From: a bacterium
Lineage (GTDB): Bacteria > Patescibacteriota > Minisyncoccia > UBA6257 > GWB1-50-10
Reading direction: 5' to 3'
Assembly: GCA_021814165.1 (NCBI GenBank)
Contig: JAKAIX010000001.1
Location: 150,787 to 214,786, forward strand
DNA length: 64,000 nucleotides
The notes beneath the pieces were generated by a model, which searched no databases, was not told where the DNA came from, and saw only the letters and a program-made list of their open reading frames with translations. Of this stretch, positions 1 through 8,159 are shown one piece after another. Each line of letters begins with the position of its first letter. Positions within the stretch are counted from its first letter, which is position 1. Made by a program: the position numbers and the translations under genes.

Positions 1-633
1 CGACTTGTGAGCGCGAATGAGATTATGCAGTACGCGCAGGTATGCCGCGAGAGATCTCCTCTGCGGCGGCCAGTTTCCCAAAAGATAAGATAGGGAAGTA
101 TAAATCTCCGGTTCGTTAAGAGTTATCCAAAAATGAACGTCATCTCCCAATTCAGAAACAACCTTCTTTACAAAGCGCGAGAAATAACGGACGCACTCCG
201 GGGATTCCCATTCTCCTTTCTCCGCAAACCATACGGGAATAGCCCAGTGCCACAACGTAACGAACGGTTCCATGCCGCGTGCACGAAGCGCGGCGATTAC
301 GTCCCGATAGTGCCGGATTTCTTTCTCGTCGAACTTTCCTTCTTTCGGTTCGATGCGCGACCACGCGATCGAAAAGCGGTGTGCGTTGTGTCCAAGCGAT
401 CGGGCGATATCGAAATCTTCTTCATAGCGATGATAGTGGTCGGCGGAGATTCCGGATACATAGTTTTCCCTGCTGAGCGGAGACGGATACATGTCGCGGA
501 TGTAGTCGGGCCATTTTCTTTCCTTCGCCGACTCCGCTTTCTTCTCCGCTGTTTTCTCCTCCCACTCGCTCCAGTTGTCATGATTCCCTCCCTCCACCTG
601 ATGGGAGCTCGTCGCTGCACCGAATAAAAACAT
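1..633 (-). CDS. Glycoside hydrolase family 1 (beta-glucosidase-like), N-terminal part; C-terminus runs off the window
   Basis: Manual translation of the minus strand from ATG at 633 gives MFLFGAATSSHQVEGG... (GH1 N-terminal signature) and ...HFWITLNEPEIY (TxNEP acid/base motif). This frame is not in the ORF track because it is open to the window edge. Confidence 0.8.
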   Translation of the reverse strand, partial: MFLFGAATSSHQVEGGNHDNWSEWEEKTAEKKAESAKERKWPDYIRDMYPSPLSRENYVSGISADHYHRYEEDFDIARSLGHNAHRFSIAWSRIEPKEGKFDEKEIRHYRDVIAALRARGMEPFVTLWHWAIPVWFAEKGEWESPECVRYFSRFVKKVVSELGDDVHFWITLNEPEIYTSLSYLLGNWPPQRRSLAAYLRVLHNLIRAHKS

Positions 634-840
634 GGTCTTATTATATCAATTTCCTTCCTCCGCCTTCGCAGAAATCCACGGGCGGTAAGCCTGCGGATGA
701 ATGCGAGGCGGATCCTTCGTAGCTCGAAGAGCGAAGAAGGATGCTTCGGCGGATTTTGCCGAGAACGATAAAGAAGCCACGACTATAGAAGTAGGCTCGA
801 CTTCATTCTTTCGGGCACTTGGTCTATATTGAGGAAAAGC

Positions 841-2319
841 ATGGAAAGACGAAAAACCGTCCATTTTGTCGGTATTGGCGGCATCGGCATGAGCGCACTT
901 GCGAGGTGGTTTTTAGCCAGAAAATGGGCTGTTTTTGGCTCCGATATAGCGGAGGGTAAAATTACCCTTGACCTCAGAAAACAGGGCTTAAAGGTCAAAA
1001 TAGGCCATAAAAAGGGCAATATAAGACCTAAAACCGACCTTATTATATATAATAATGCCATCCCCAAGGATAACCTTGAGCTCGGGGAGGCAAAGAAAAG
1101 AGGCATTCCTATCTTTTCATTTCCCGAGGCCCTCGGCGAACTTACCAAACACTACGAGACCTTCGCCGTTGCCGGGGCTCACGGAAAAAGTACGACGACC
1201 TCCCTTCTCTCTCTGGTACTCCTCAAAGCGCGATGGGATCCGACGGTAATCGTCGGAACGAAGCTTAAGGAGTTCACCCCGCCTGCCGATGGCTCGAATT
1301 TCAGAATGGGAAAGAGTTATTATTTGGTGCTCGAGGCGGACGAATGGAAGGCGGCGTTTTTGAACTACTCCCCTACTTACGCGATTATTACAAATATAGA
1401 CAAAGAGCACCTGGACTTCTACAAGAACTTCTCGAATATCAAAAAAACATTCCTGAAATTCATCGGAAACGTAAAACCGAAGGGCTTGCTCGTCGTGAAT
1501 CGCGACAACAAGGATCTCTATGCGCTCCGTGCGCAAATCTCAAAAATCACAAAAGCGCATCACGTGAAGGTGATCTGGTACTCGATCGAGCAATCTTCTC
1601 CTTCTCTTGTGGCGAAACTGAAGAACAACCTCTCGGTTTCCGGGACGCACAACCTCTCGAACGCACTTGCGGTTTACACGCTTGCGCGTCATTTTAACAT
1701 CAACGAGAAACTCATTCTTTCCGCGCTGAAAAGCTACCACGGCGCCTGGCGCCGCTTCGAATACCGCGGACAACTGAAAATCGGGAATAAGGAATTAGGA
1801 ATAAGGAATAGGAGATTGGGAACGCGGCGGGACGACACCATGATTCTTAATTCCAAATTCCTAATTCCCGTCTACGATGACTACGCCCATCACCCAACGG
1901 AGATCGCGGCTACGCTTCAGGCATTCAGGGAAAAATTTCCGAAATCCCATATTATTTGCATATTCCAACCCCACCAGGCGAAACGTCTTAAGCTGCTTTT
2001 CAAGGAATTCACGCAGGCATTCAAGAGCGCGGACACGTTGGTACTCCTCCCCGTATACAAAGTCGCGGGCCGCGATAAAATAAACCCTCGCTATGATTCC
2101 CGCGCCCTCGCGAAAAAGATCGAAAACTCGATATACCTGGGCAATCCTAGTAAGTTGTCAAAAGTGATTCGTAGAGTCGTTGTTAAAAATTTCAAATTAA
2201 AAATTTCTGCCCAAGGCGGATCCGCCTCTGGCGGAAAAAACTATGTGCTCGTCATGATGGGTGCGGGAACGATCGTCGAGGAAACGGATAAATTACTAAA
2301 AATGTCAAAATCCAAATGA
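841..2319 (+). CDS. murC: UDP-N-acetylmuramate--L-alanine ligase
   Basis: VHFVGIGGIGMSALA, GAHGKSTTTSLL and DDYAHHPTEI motifs. GAGGA RBS lies 6 nt upstream of ATG 841. TGA stop with conserved C-terminus. Confidence 0.9.
   Translation: MERRKTVHFVGIGGIGMSALARWFLARKWAVFGSDIAEGKITLDLRKQGLKVKIGHKKGNIRPKTDLIIYNNAIPKDNLELGEAKKRGIPIFSFPEALGELTKHYETFAVAGAHGKSTTTSLLSLVLLKARWDPTVIVGTKLKEFTPPADGSNFRMGKSYYLVLEADEWKAAFLNYSPTYAIITNIDKEHLDFYKNFSNIKKTFLKFIGNVKPKGLLVVNRDNKDLYALRAQISKITKAHHVKVIWYSIEQSSPSLVAKLKNNLSVSGTHNLSNALAVYTLARHFNINEKLILSALKSYHGAWRRFEYRGQLKIGNKELGIRNRRLGTRRDDTMILNSKFLIPVYDDYAHHPTEIAATLQAFREKFPKSHIICIFQPHQAKRLKLLFKEFTQAFKSADTLVLLPVYKVAGRDKINPRYDSRALAKKIENSIYLGNPSKLSKVIRRVVVKNFKLKISAQGGSASGGKNYVLVMMGAGTIVEETDKLLKMSKSK
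1783..1876. repeat. AT-rich palindromic element inside murC, in-frame (GGAATAAGGAATTAGGAATAAGG ... ATTCTTAATTCCAAATTCCTAATTCCC)
   Basis: GGAATTAGGAAT and its reverse complement ATTCCTAATTCC flank a ~35-bp core. It encodes about 17 extra residues (LKIGNKELGIRNRRLGTRRDDTMILNSKFLIP) between the RRFE and DDYAHHPTE motifs compared with typical MurC spacing. Confidence 0.55.
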
Positions 2320-2424
2320 CTAATATCAAATTAAATCGGGATGCTTAAATGTTAAAAAACGTTTTTATCATTTCAGTTTTGTCATTGATTCGACATTTGG
2401 CATTTGAAATTTAGATTTCCAACT

Positions 2425-3189
2425 ATGAATACTTTTTCTTCTCCTAAAGAATTCAAAGAAACGTGCGGCTATGAAATAGATAATTTCTGGTATCCTCGCG
2501 TAACAAAAATTGTGGAGATTAAAGCAAAACCGGCGCTTTACCGTTTTTACGCGTCGATGAATAATTTCGACGAAGGAGAACGGATGAAGCAAAAATCCGC
2601 CGAGGAAGGGACATTAATCCACGAGACGGTTGAGGCGCTGCTCCTTGGCGAACATCCCGCAATCCCCTCCTCCGTAGCGCCGTCCATCAGGGCATTCGAG
2701 GAGTTTACCGACAAAAACAGCATTCAGGTGAACAAGGAGTTCGTCGAGCGACGGCTCGTAAATTTCGAGGAGCGCTATGCGGGAACGCTTGATGCGATCG
2801 CGGTAATCGACGGCAGGGTTGGGATTCTGGACATCAAAACCTCGCAGGAGGTGTATCGCGATTACAACCTCCAGACATCGGCCTATATGGCGGCAATGAA
2901 AGATATCGTACCGGAACTCGAGACGAGATGGATTCTGCGAATCGACCAGACTCGACGCTGTAAAAAGTGCGGAAGTTTACTCCGCAGCAAGGGCGGGAGA
3001 GACAAGGTGCGTTTGAACTGGAGAAATTACTCCTCAAGAACATGCGTGCACGAATGGGGCCAGATGGAAGGAGAAGTGGAACTCAAAGAATTCCCTACCT
3101 GGCACGAGGACTATCATGCCTTTCTCGGTGCAAAGAAACTCTGGGAGTGGGAGCATATAGACTGGCTGAAGAAAGTGGGATATTTGTAA
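2425..3189 (+). CDS. PD-(D/E)xK nuclease, Cas4/RecB-like (DUF83-type), solitary
   Basis: GTLDAIAVIDGRVGILDIKTS (D...D/E-x-K) and YNLQTSAYMAAM (QxxxY) motifs. One N-terminal Cys plus C-terminal CKKCGS...C, consistent with a 4-Cys cluster. Confidence 0.6.
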   Translation: MNTFSSPKEFKETCGYEIDNFWYPRVTKIVEIKAKPALYRFYASMNNFDEGERMKQKSAEEGTLIHETVEALLLGEHPAIPSSVAPSIRAFEEFTDKNSIQVNKEFVERRLVNFEERYAGTLDAIAVIDGRVGILDIKTSQEVYRDYNLQTSAYMAAMKDIVPELETRWILRIDQTRRCKKCGSLLRSKGGRDKVRLNWRNYSSRTCVHEWGQMEGEVELKEFPTWHEDYHAFLGAKKLWEWEHIDWLKKVGYL

Positions 3190-3212
3190 AATTAGAAACT
3201 CTCAAAAAATGC

Positions 3213-3250
3213 AAAAGCCGTGAAAGATGTTCTCCACGGCTTTTTTGACT
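3213..3250 (+). terminator. Rho-independent terminator after the nuclease gene
   Basis: AAAGCCGTG ... CACGGCTTTTTTG hairpin followed by a T-run. Confidence 0.5.
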
Positions 3251-3386
3251 TCAACAGGTTCTCGAATGACGACATGCATAACCAAACAGTAACAAGAATG
3301 GAAAAAATATCAAAACTTTCAAAATCTCAACAATCGGACCAAAAATGCACACTAGTATGAAAAGTAATTTTTTCATACTCACCTCC

Positions 3387-3746
3387 TTATACTGGTTTTC
3401 TGAAACGGACAATACGGAGATTAGAACGTTTTATCCTTTGTGAGACCGGAATTACAAAGTACTCTTCCTCCCACGGAACAAACGCCCGAAATCCTTTGAA
3501 CTTGACCATTGAGCCCCTTACCTTTTCGACAGTAAGAGATCGGGACGGAATCTGTTCAAGGAGTATTATTCTCCCAGAAAAATACAGAAGATAGAGAACA
3601 TTCTTCGCTCGTACAACCTTCCCGACTAATTCGTCAGATGCATGTACTGCCGATGTACGCAATAACTTTCCAGCAATGACATTCTCTACTAGAAAGCTAC
3701 GGTCGGCAAAGAACTTGAGTTCTTTTTCATCCACAATTGTCACCAT
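3387..3746 (-). CDS. Hypothetical protein
   Basis: 119-aa ORF with no recognisable motif. Confidence 0.35.
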   Translation of the reverse strand: MVTIVDEKELKFFADRSFLVENVIAGKLLRTSAVHASDELVGKVVRAKNVLYLLYFSGRIILLEQIPSRSLTVEKVRGSMVKFKGFRAFVPWEEEYFVIPVSQRIKRSNLRIVRFRKPV

Positions 3747-4258
3747 GATCTATTCCTTCTGAAGTTTTTAATAGCTTGCTAGGTTAAACTAATTGCATCC
3801 TAACGCCCACGCGAAGAGGAGTCAATCCTTCATAAAACAAAGTGACGTCCCGTAAGGAAACGTCATTGTTAATAAATAAAAGTGGTGGCTTGGAGAGAAG
3901 ATGAACATCTCCTCCTTATTGCCTTGATTCAGAACCAGCCAATTCGAATTAAGGCAACTTGGTCCCAAAGCTTACTCCTATTTCCTTTCGGAACCCTTTT
4001 TTTCGCTGCATAGTCCGTGAAGGGAAGTAATTCGGAGAAAGATTATCCCGTAGGCATTCCCCGGATTTTTAGCCACCGAACCTCCACAGACCCTGCCTTG
4101 TGTCCCCTCTCTTAAGAAAACAAGGCAGAGTCAGCGGAAATTCTTTATTTCAAGTTGCTATGACGTTGTACTCCTTTTCTCTTACAATCGTCAAGCTTAA
4201 ACCGAATCCCCGAACCAGCCTCAAAATTTATGCATATGCATAAATTTTGAGGCTGCTG

Positions 4259-4444
4259 CTACCCGCTGTGTTTTTCGATAATAATAGGGGGTTGATTTTT
4301 CTCCTGCCCTACGAGATACCCCACCCCGAAACTTGAGAGGATAAGAAGAACGAGCCCTCCCCAGAAGATGATCCAGGCACGGTTATCCTTGAACCATATT
4401 CCTATTGACCCTATACGATCTTTCATGTAGTATTTATTGTACAA
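4259..4444 (-). CDS. Small membrane protein (one TM helix)
   Basis: 61 aa with the hydrophobic stretch [24 protein letters not shown]. Confidence 0.3.
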   Translation of the reverse strand: MYNKYYMKDRIGSIGIWFKDNRAWIIFWGGLVLLILSSFGVGYLVGQEKNQPPIIIEKHSG

Positions 4445-4564
4445 AATCGGACATTAAGGAATGGCGCCCCGCACTTCTTTAATAGTCAAAGAGAGAAATG
4501 CGGGATGCTCATAGTTGTGGTGAAATATTCTCACCCAGCTTTGGGCGAAAATATTTCAACAACT

Positions 4565-4837
4565 ATGGCACATACAAAGGCAAAAGGATCTACCAAATTA
4601 GGAAGAGAATCCGAGTCTAAACGGCTTGGCGTGAAGCTGTTTGACGGCGAGATCGCGAAACCGGGCAATATCCTAATCCGCCAGCGCGGCACGAAATACT
4701 ACCCCGGTATAAACGTAAAACAAGGCAGCGACGACACGCTTTATGCGATAAAAAACGGAACGGTTAAATTCACGACGAGAACGAAGAAAAATTTCAACGG
4801 TTCCTCGAAGAAAGTGAAAGTAGTAAACGTGGTGTAG
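4565..4837 (+). CDS. rpmA: 50S ribosomal protein L27
   Basis: [29 protein letters not shown]...[11 protein letters not shown] matches the L27 signature. Start taken at the internal ATG giving MAH. Confidence 0.9.
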   Translation: MAHTKAKGSTKLGRESESKRLGVKLFDGEIAKPGNILIRQRGTKYYPGINVKQGSDDTLYAIKNGTVKFTTRTKKNFNGSSKKVKVVNVV

Positions 4838-4841
4838 GGAT

Positions 4842-4930
4842 ATACCCGCATCATATTCCCCCTCAGCTCGGGCGCTCCGGGCCGCTTGGCCAAGTCCTAC
4901 CCTCGTTCGGAGGAATATGATGCGGGTATG
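4842..4930. repeat. 18-bp perfect inverted repeat (ATACCCGCATCATATTCC / GGAATATGATGCGGGTAT) enclosing 53 nt, 3' of rpmA
   Basis: Read directly from the sequence. It would form a long GC-rich-loop stem structure in the rpmA 3' UTR. Confidence 0.5.
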
Positions 4931-4957
4931 TGCGGGAGAAGAGGATCCGAAAATGTA

Positions 4958-4987
4958 AAATGCCCTTCAGGGCGTTTTTTATTTTTC
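4958..4987. terminator. Bidirectional intrinsic terminator between rpmA (+) and rplI (-)
   Basis: GCCCTTCAGGGC hairpin flanked by A-run and T-run. Confidence 0.55.
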
Positions 4988-5422
4988 ATCCGGTTCAACT
5001 TGGACGTTTATCTCCGCTTTTATCCCCTCCCCGAAATCGATTGTGATGGCATGAGTACCGAGCGTCTTGATTGATTTTTCAAGCATCGGTTTCGCATGTG
5101 CAACTTTTTCCTTCTTGAGCTCCTCTTCAATATCCTTCTTGGTCACCGATCCGAAAACCGAGTCGTGTTCGCCGGTCTTCACCGCAAAGGAAAGCGTCTT
5201 CCCCTGCACTTTCTTTGCTTCCTCGCGGAGCGATGTAATAAGCGCTTCATGCTCCGCGGCGAGCTTTTTTCTTTGCACCTCAAGTTTCGCGAGTGCATCT
5301 TTCGTAGCGAACATCGCGAGTCCCTTGGGAATCAAAAGATTACGCGCATAACCATCCGAAACATCCTTTACTTCAAATTTCCTTCCTACGCCGCGAATGT
5401 CCTGTAGCAAGATAACCTTCAT
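4979..5422 (-). CDS. rplI: 50S ribosomal protein L9
   Basis: MKVILLQDIRGVGRKFEVKDVSDGYARNLLIPKGLA is the L9 N-domain. Confidence 0.9.
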   Translation of the reverse strand: MKVILLQDIRGVGRKFEVKDVSDGYARNLLIPKGLAMFATKDALAKLEVQRKKLAAEHEALITSLREEAKKVQGKTLSFAVKTGEHDSVFGSVTKKDIEEELKKEKVAHAKPMLEKSIKTLGTHAITIDFGEGIKAEINVQVEPDEK

Positions 5423-5429
5423 CTTGTCT

Positions 5430-6650
5430 TTATCTTGTTATTTCTTTCTTTATGATCTCCATTGCCTTATCGTACTGCGGATCTTTCCCGCTTTTGGCAT
5501 TATCTTCCGTGAGCTTCACTTCCACATCGGGTTCAAGTCCTTTTTTATTGATCTGATGTCCTTTTGGCGTAAGCCATTCCGCAATCGAAACTTTCATGGA
5601 CGACCCGTCCTTCAAATACTCCACCTCCTGCACGCTTCCTTTTCCGAATGTCTTTTCTCCTACAAGTTTGATGCCGCGCTGATCCTGCAACGCACCCGCG
5701 AGAATTTCCGATGCCGATGCGGAGCCGCCGTCCACGAGCACCACAACCGGAAGATTCAGGAACGCCTGGTTCCCGTTGGCGCGAAGATAGTTTTCTTCTC
5801 CTGATCTGAGCTTCTCGCGTACTACAATATCTCCCCGTTTCAAAAACCATCCTGCGATATCGTGCGCGGCCTCCAGATATCCGCCGGGATCGTTTCGGAG
5901 ATCAAGTACAACTCCTTTTACGCCCTGAAAGAGTGCGGAGAATGCCGCATCGTAGAACGCCGAAGGAGCGTTCCCGTTGAAATTGTAAAGCTGAATGTAC
6001 GCAATATCGCCGTCTACCACCTTCCAGTCGAGCGTTGGAATCGTGATTGTCGCACGCGTCACTTCTATCTCTTTTGCTTCTTTCCATCCTTCCCGGACGA
6101 TAAGAAGCTTCACTTTCGTACCTACGGGACCCCGTATCAGTTTTACCGCCTCATCCACCGTAAGATCGCTCGCTACCGTGTCGTCAATCTTCAATATTTT
6201 GTCACCTGCCTTGAGCCCCGCTTTTTCCGCAGGATTATCTTTCATGGGAGCAACAATCGCAAGTTGTTCATCCTGCATACCAATCTCGGCGCCGATACCG
6301 CCGAAGTTCCCGTTTAAGTCCTCCTCAAATTTCTTCGCGTCGCTCGGCGGAAAGAATACCGTATACGGATCACCGGTCGATTGTACCGCACCCTTGATCG
6401 CGCCGTACAAAATATCCTGATCACTCACGTCCTTGATACCATAATAATTCCCTTTTAACGTTTTGATTGCATCACCAAAGAGCGAGAAGTCGACATCCCC
6501 GAGAACTCCTTGCTCAAGCTTTGGCGAAACGGGTTCCGCATCCGCTCTCTTTGAATACCCCGTCTGAAACCCTCCATAAAAAATACCGATCGCAACAAGA
6601 ATTGCGAGCAGGATAAGTGAAATCCTTTTCCTGTAGTTATATTCCATCAC
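5430..6650 (-). CDS. ctpA: Carboxyl-terminal processing protease (S41 family), N-terminal TM anchor
   Basis: PDZ region plus S41 catalytic region LPVVVLVDGGSASASEILAGALQD. Confidence 0.85.
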   Translation of the reverse strand: MMEYNYRKRISLILLAILVAIGIFYGGFQTGYSKRADAEPVSPKLEQGVLGDVDFSLFGDAIKTLKGNYYGIKDVSDQDILYGAIKGAVQSTGDPYTVFFPPSDAKKFEEDLNGNFGGIGAEIGMQDEQLAIVAPMKDNPAEKAGLKAGDKILKIDDTVASDLTVDEAVKLIRGPVGTKVKLLIVREGWKEAKEIEVTRATITIPTLDWKVVDGDIAYIQLYNFNGNAPSAFYDAAFSALFQGVKGVVLDLRNDPGGYLEAAHDIAGWFLKRGDIVVREKLRSGEENYLRANGNQAFLNLPVVVLVDGGSASASEILAGALQDQRGIKLVGEKTFGKGSVQEVEYLKDGSSMKVSIAEWLTPKGHQINKKGLEPDVEVKLTEDNAKSGKDPQYDKAMEIIKKEITR

Positions 6651-6756
6651 TTTATTAAAGAGGAAAAAGCCGGAAAAAGCAAAAATATATCGATAATCCT
6701 GAGGAGCGGAACGACGTCGGGTTTACCTTGTTAAGATTATAATCTCGACAGATTGA

Positions 6757-7329
6757 TCAAAGAGGAATTTCGAACACCGTTTCATATTCCGCGCCTTTCC
6801 TAGAAAGATGCGATTCGACAAGCCGAATCGCCTCGGCGCGGTAGGATCGCCCCACGGGAACGCGAAGCGGAGGAAGAGTGCGAATGGGAACCGACTCGAA
6901 TCGCGCGAGCGTAAGATGCCCCTGATACGTTCTTTCTTGTTCCTCCCATGTCACTCCCCTCTTTTTGAGTTCGATCTCCAGACTATTTTTCAAAAATCCT
7001 ATTTTGTGCGAACTCTCCTTATCGGTCGTGAGCCAAATCCCCCGTGCATCTCCACGGGGCGGAAAAGGTCCGTACGTAACCGCATCGAGCGCTATGATAA
7101 CCTCCGTTTTCTCCCGATGCGCGATTGCTTGTTCTATTGAATCTCTTATCGCGTCGATCACCGTTTCTTCCTGATTACCGAGAAACAGTACGGTAAAGTG
7201 CCAGTTCCCTTCGGGGACGATCCTTAAACGCTCGACGCGAGGAAAGCGAATATTCGAAAATACTCGATAAATCTCGCGCTGCAATGAGTCTGGAATCGGA
7301 ATCGCGATAAAAAGGCGTCTTGCGTCCAT
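6757..7329 (-). CDS. thpR: RNA 2',3'-cyclic phosphodiesterase / 2'-5' RNA ligase (2H phosphoesterase)
   Basis: Two H-x-T-x motifs (HFTVLFLG and HLTLARF). Confidence 0.7.
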   Translation of the reverse strand: MDARRLFIAIPIPDSLQREIYRVFSNIRFPRVERLRIVPEGNWHFTVLFLGNQEETVIDAIRDSIEQAIAHREKTEVIIALDAVTYGPFPPRGDARGIWLTTDKESSHKIGFLKNSLEIELKKRGVTWEEQERTYQGHLTLARFESVPIRTLPPLRVPVGRSYRAEAIRLVESHLSRKGAEYETVFEIPL

Positions 7330-7380
7330 ATGATTCTATCTGGTGTCCGATGGTATTCTAACATACAATAGTAATATCGC

Positions 7381-7662
7381 ATGGATGACAATGTGCAAAA
7401 AGACTATCTTGCGTCGCTAAAAGAGCGGGGAAAGGAAAGCCGTGTCTACAAGAAATATCAAATGACGGGTCTCATGCTCGCGGAAATACTCGGTGACAAC
7501 GCACACAAAGCGCTTTATATCAAGCTCGCGAAGGATCACGACGAAGAGAAACTCGTTCGGCTCGCAAAAGACATCGCGGAGAAAAAAAACATACGGAACA
7601 AAGGTGCGTATTTCATGAGAATGCTTTTTGATGGAAGAAAAAATACTTCTCATCACGAATAA
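7381..7662 (+). CDS. Hypothetical protein
   Basis: 93-aa charged ORF; its 3' end overlaps the def start. Confidence 0.3.
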   Translation: MDDNVQKDYLASLKERGKESRVYKKYQMTGLMLAEILGDNAHKALYIKLAKDHDEEKLVRLAKDIAEKKNIRNKGAYFMRMLFDGRKNTSHHE

Positions 7663-8149
7663 GGATGACGAGTCGTTCTTAAGGAAAAAAACGATCCCTT
7701 TTGATTTCACGACGCACCCTTTGAAGGAGGTGCAGGCGCTCGTAAAATCGATGCGCGAGATAATGAAAAAGGCGGACGGCGTCGGACTAAGCGCAAATCA
7801 GGTGGGTCTCCCCTACCGCATGTTCGTGGCACAGGTACCGGACAGCCAGGGCCAGGTAAAATTCTACGCGATCTTCAATCCGGAAATTGTCAAACAATCG
7901 AAAGAAACGGAGATCGTTGAAGAGGGCTGCCTGAGTGTTCCTCGAAAATTCGGATCCGTTGAACGGCGGTACCGCCTCACGCTCACGGGGTTCGATATGC
8001 GCGGAAAGAAACTCAAGATTAACGCATGGGGACTCCTCGCAAGGGTATTCCAGCACGAGACGGATCATCTGGAAGGAAAACTCTTCGTGGATAAAGCGAA
8101 GGTACTACACAGTGTCGAGGATTTCGGAAACGAGAACGAAGAATCGTGA
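7628..8149 (+). CDS. def: Peptide deformylase
   Basis: GVGLSANQVG, EGCLSVP and QHETDHLEG motifs. Confidence 0.9.
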   Translation: MMEEKILLITNKDDESFLRKKTIPFDFTTHPLKEVQALVKSMREIMKKADGVGLSANQVGLPYRMFVAQVPDSQGQVKFYAIFNPEIVKQSKETEIVEEGCLSVPRKFGSVERRYRLTLTGFDMRGKKLKINAWGLLARVFQHETDHLEGKLFVDKAKVLHSVEDFGNENEES

Positions 8150-8159
8150 ACGACGAACC

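Noticed and set aside
133-627. ORF-track ORFs 133-627 (+), 152-364 (-) and 297-620 (-) at the left edge
   Set aside because: Their translations are low-complexity or Arg-rich with no motifs. The third minus-strand frame, open to the window edge, encodes a clear GH1 glycosidase (FLFGAATSSHQVEGG, TLNEP), so these are shadow ORFs.
3780-4258. RNase P RNA, tmRNA, SRP RNA or 6S RNA in the ORF-free region
   Set aside because: By eye none of the universal blocks is present on either strand (GGAAAGUCCGGGC / ACAGNRANCCGGCUUA for RNase P; the tag ORF and GGUUCGAAUCC-CCA end for tmRNA; AGGUCAGGUCCGGAAGGAAGCAGC for SRP). This remains unassigned, not refuted.
8147-8149. Alternative genetic code with TGA recoded (as in some CPR lineages)
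   Set aside because: def and murC both terminate on TGA exactly where the conserved C-termini end, and there is no internal in-frame TGA in conserved domains. The standard code 11 fits.
7935-8159. N-terminal extension of fmt overlapping def (ORF-track start 7935)
   Set aside because: The conserved Fmt N-terminus (FFGTPRFAE) begins right after ATG 8160. The extension would overlap the def C-terminus in another frame.
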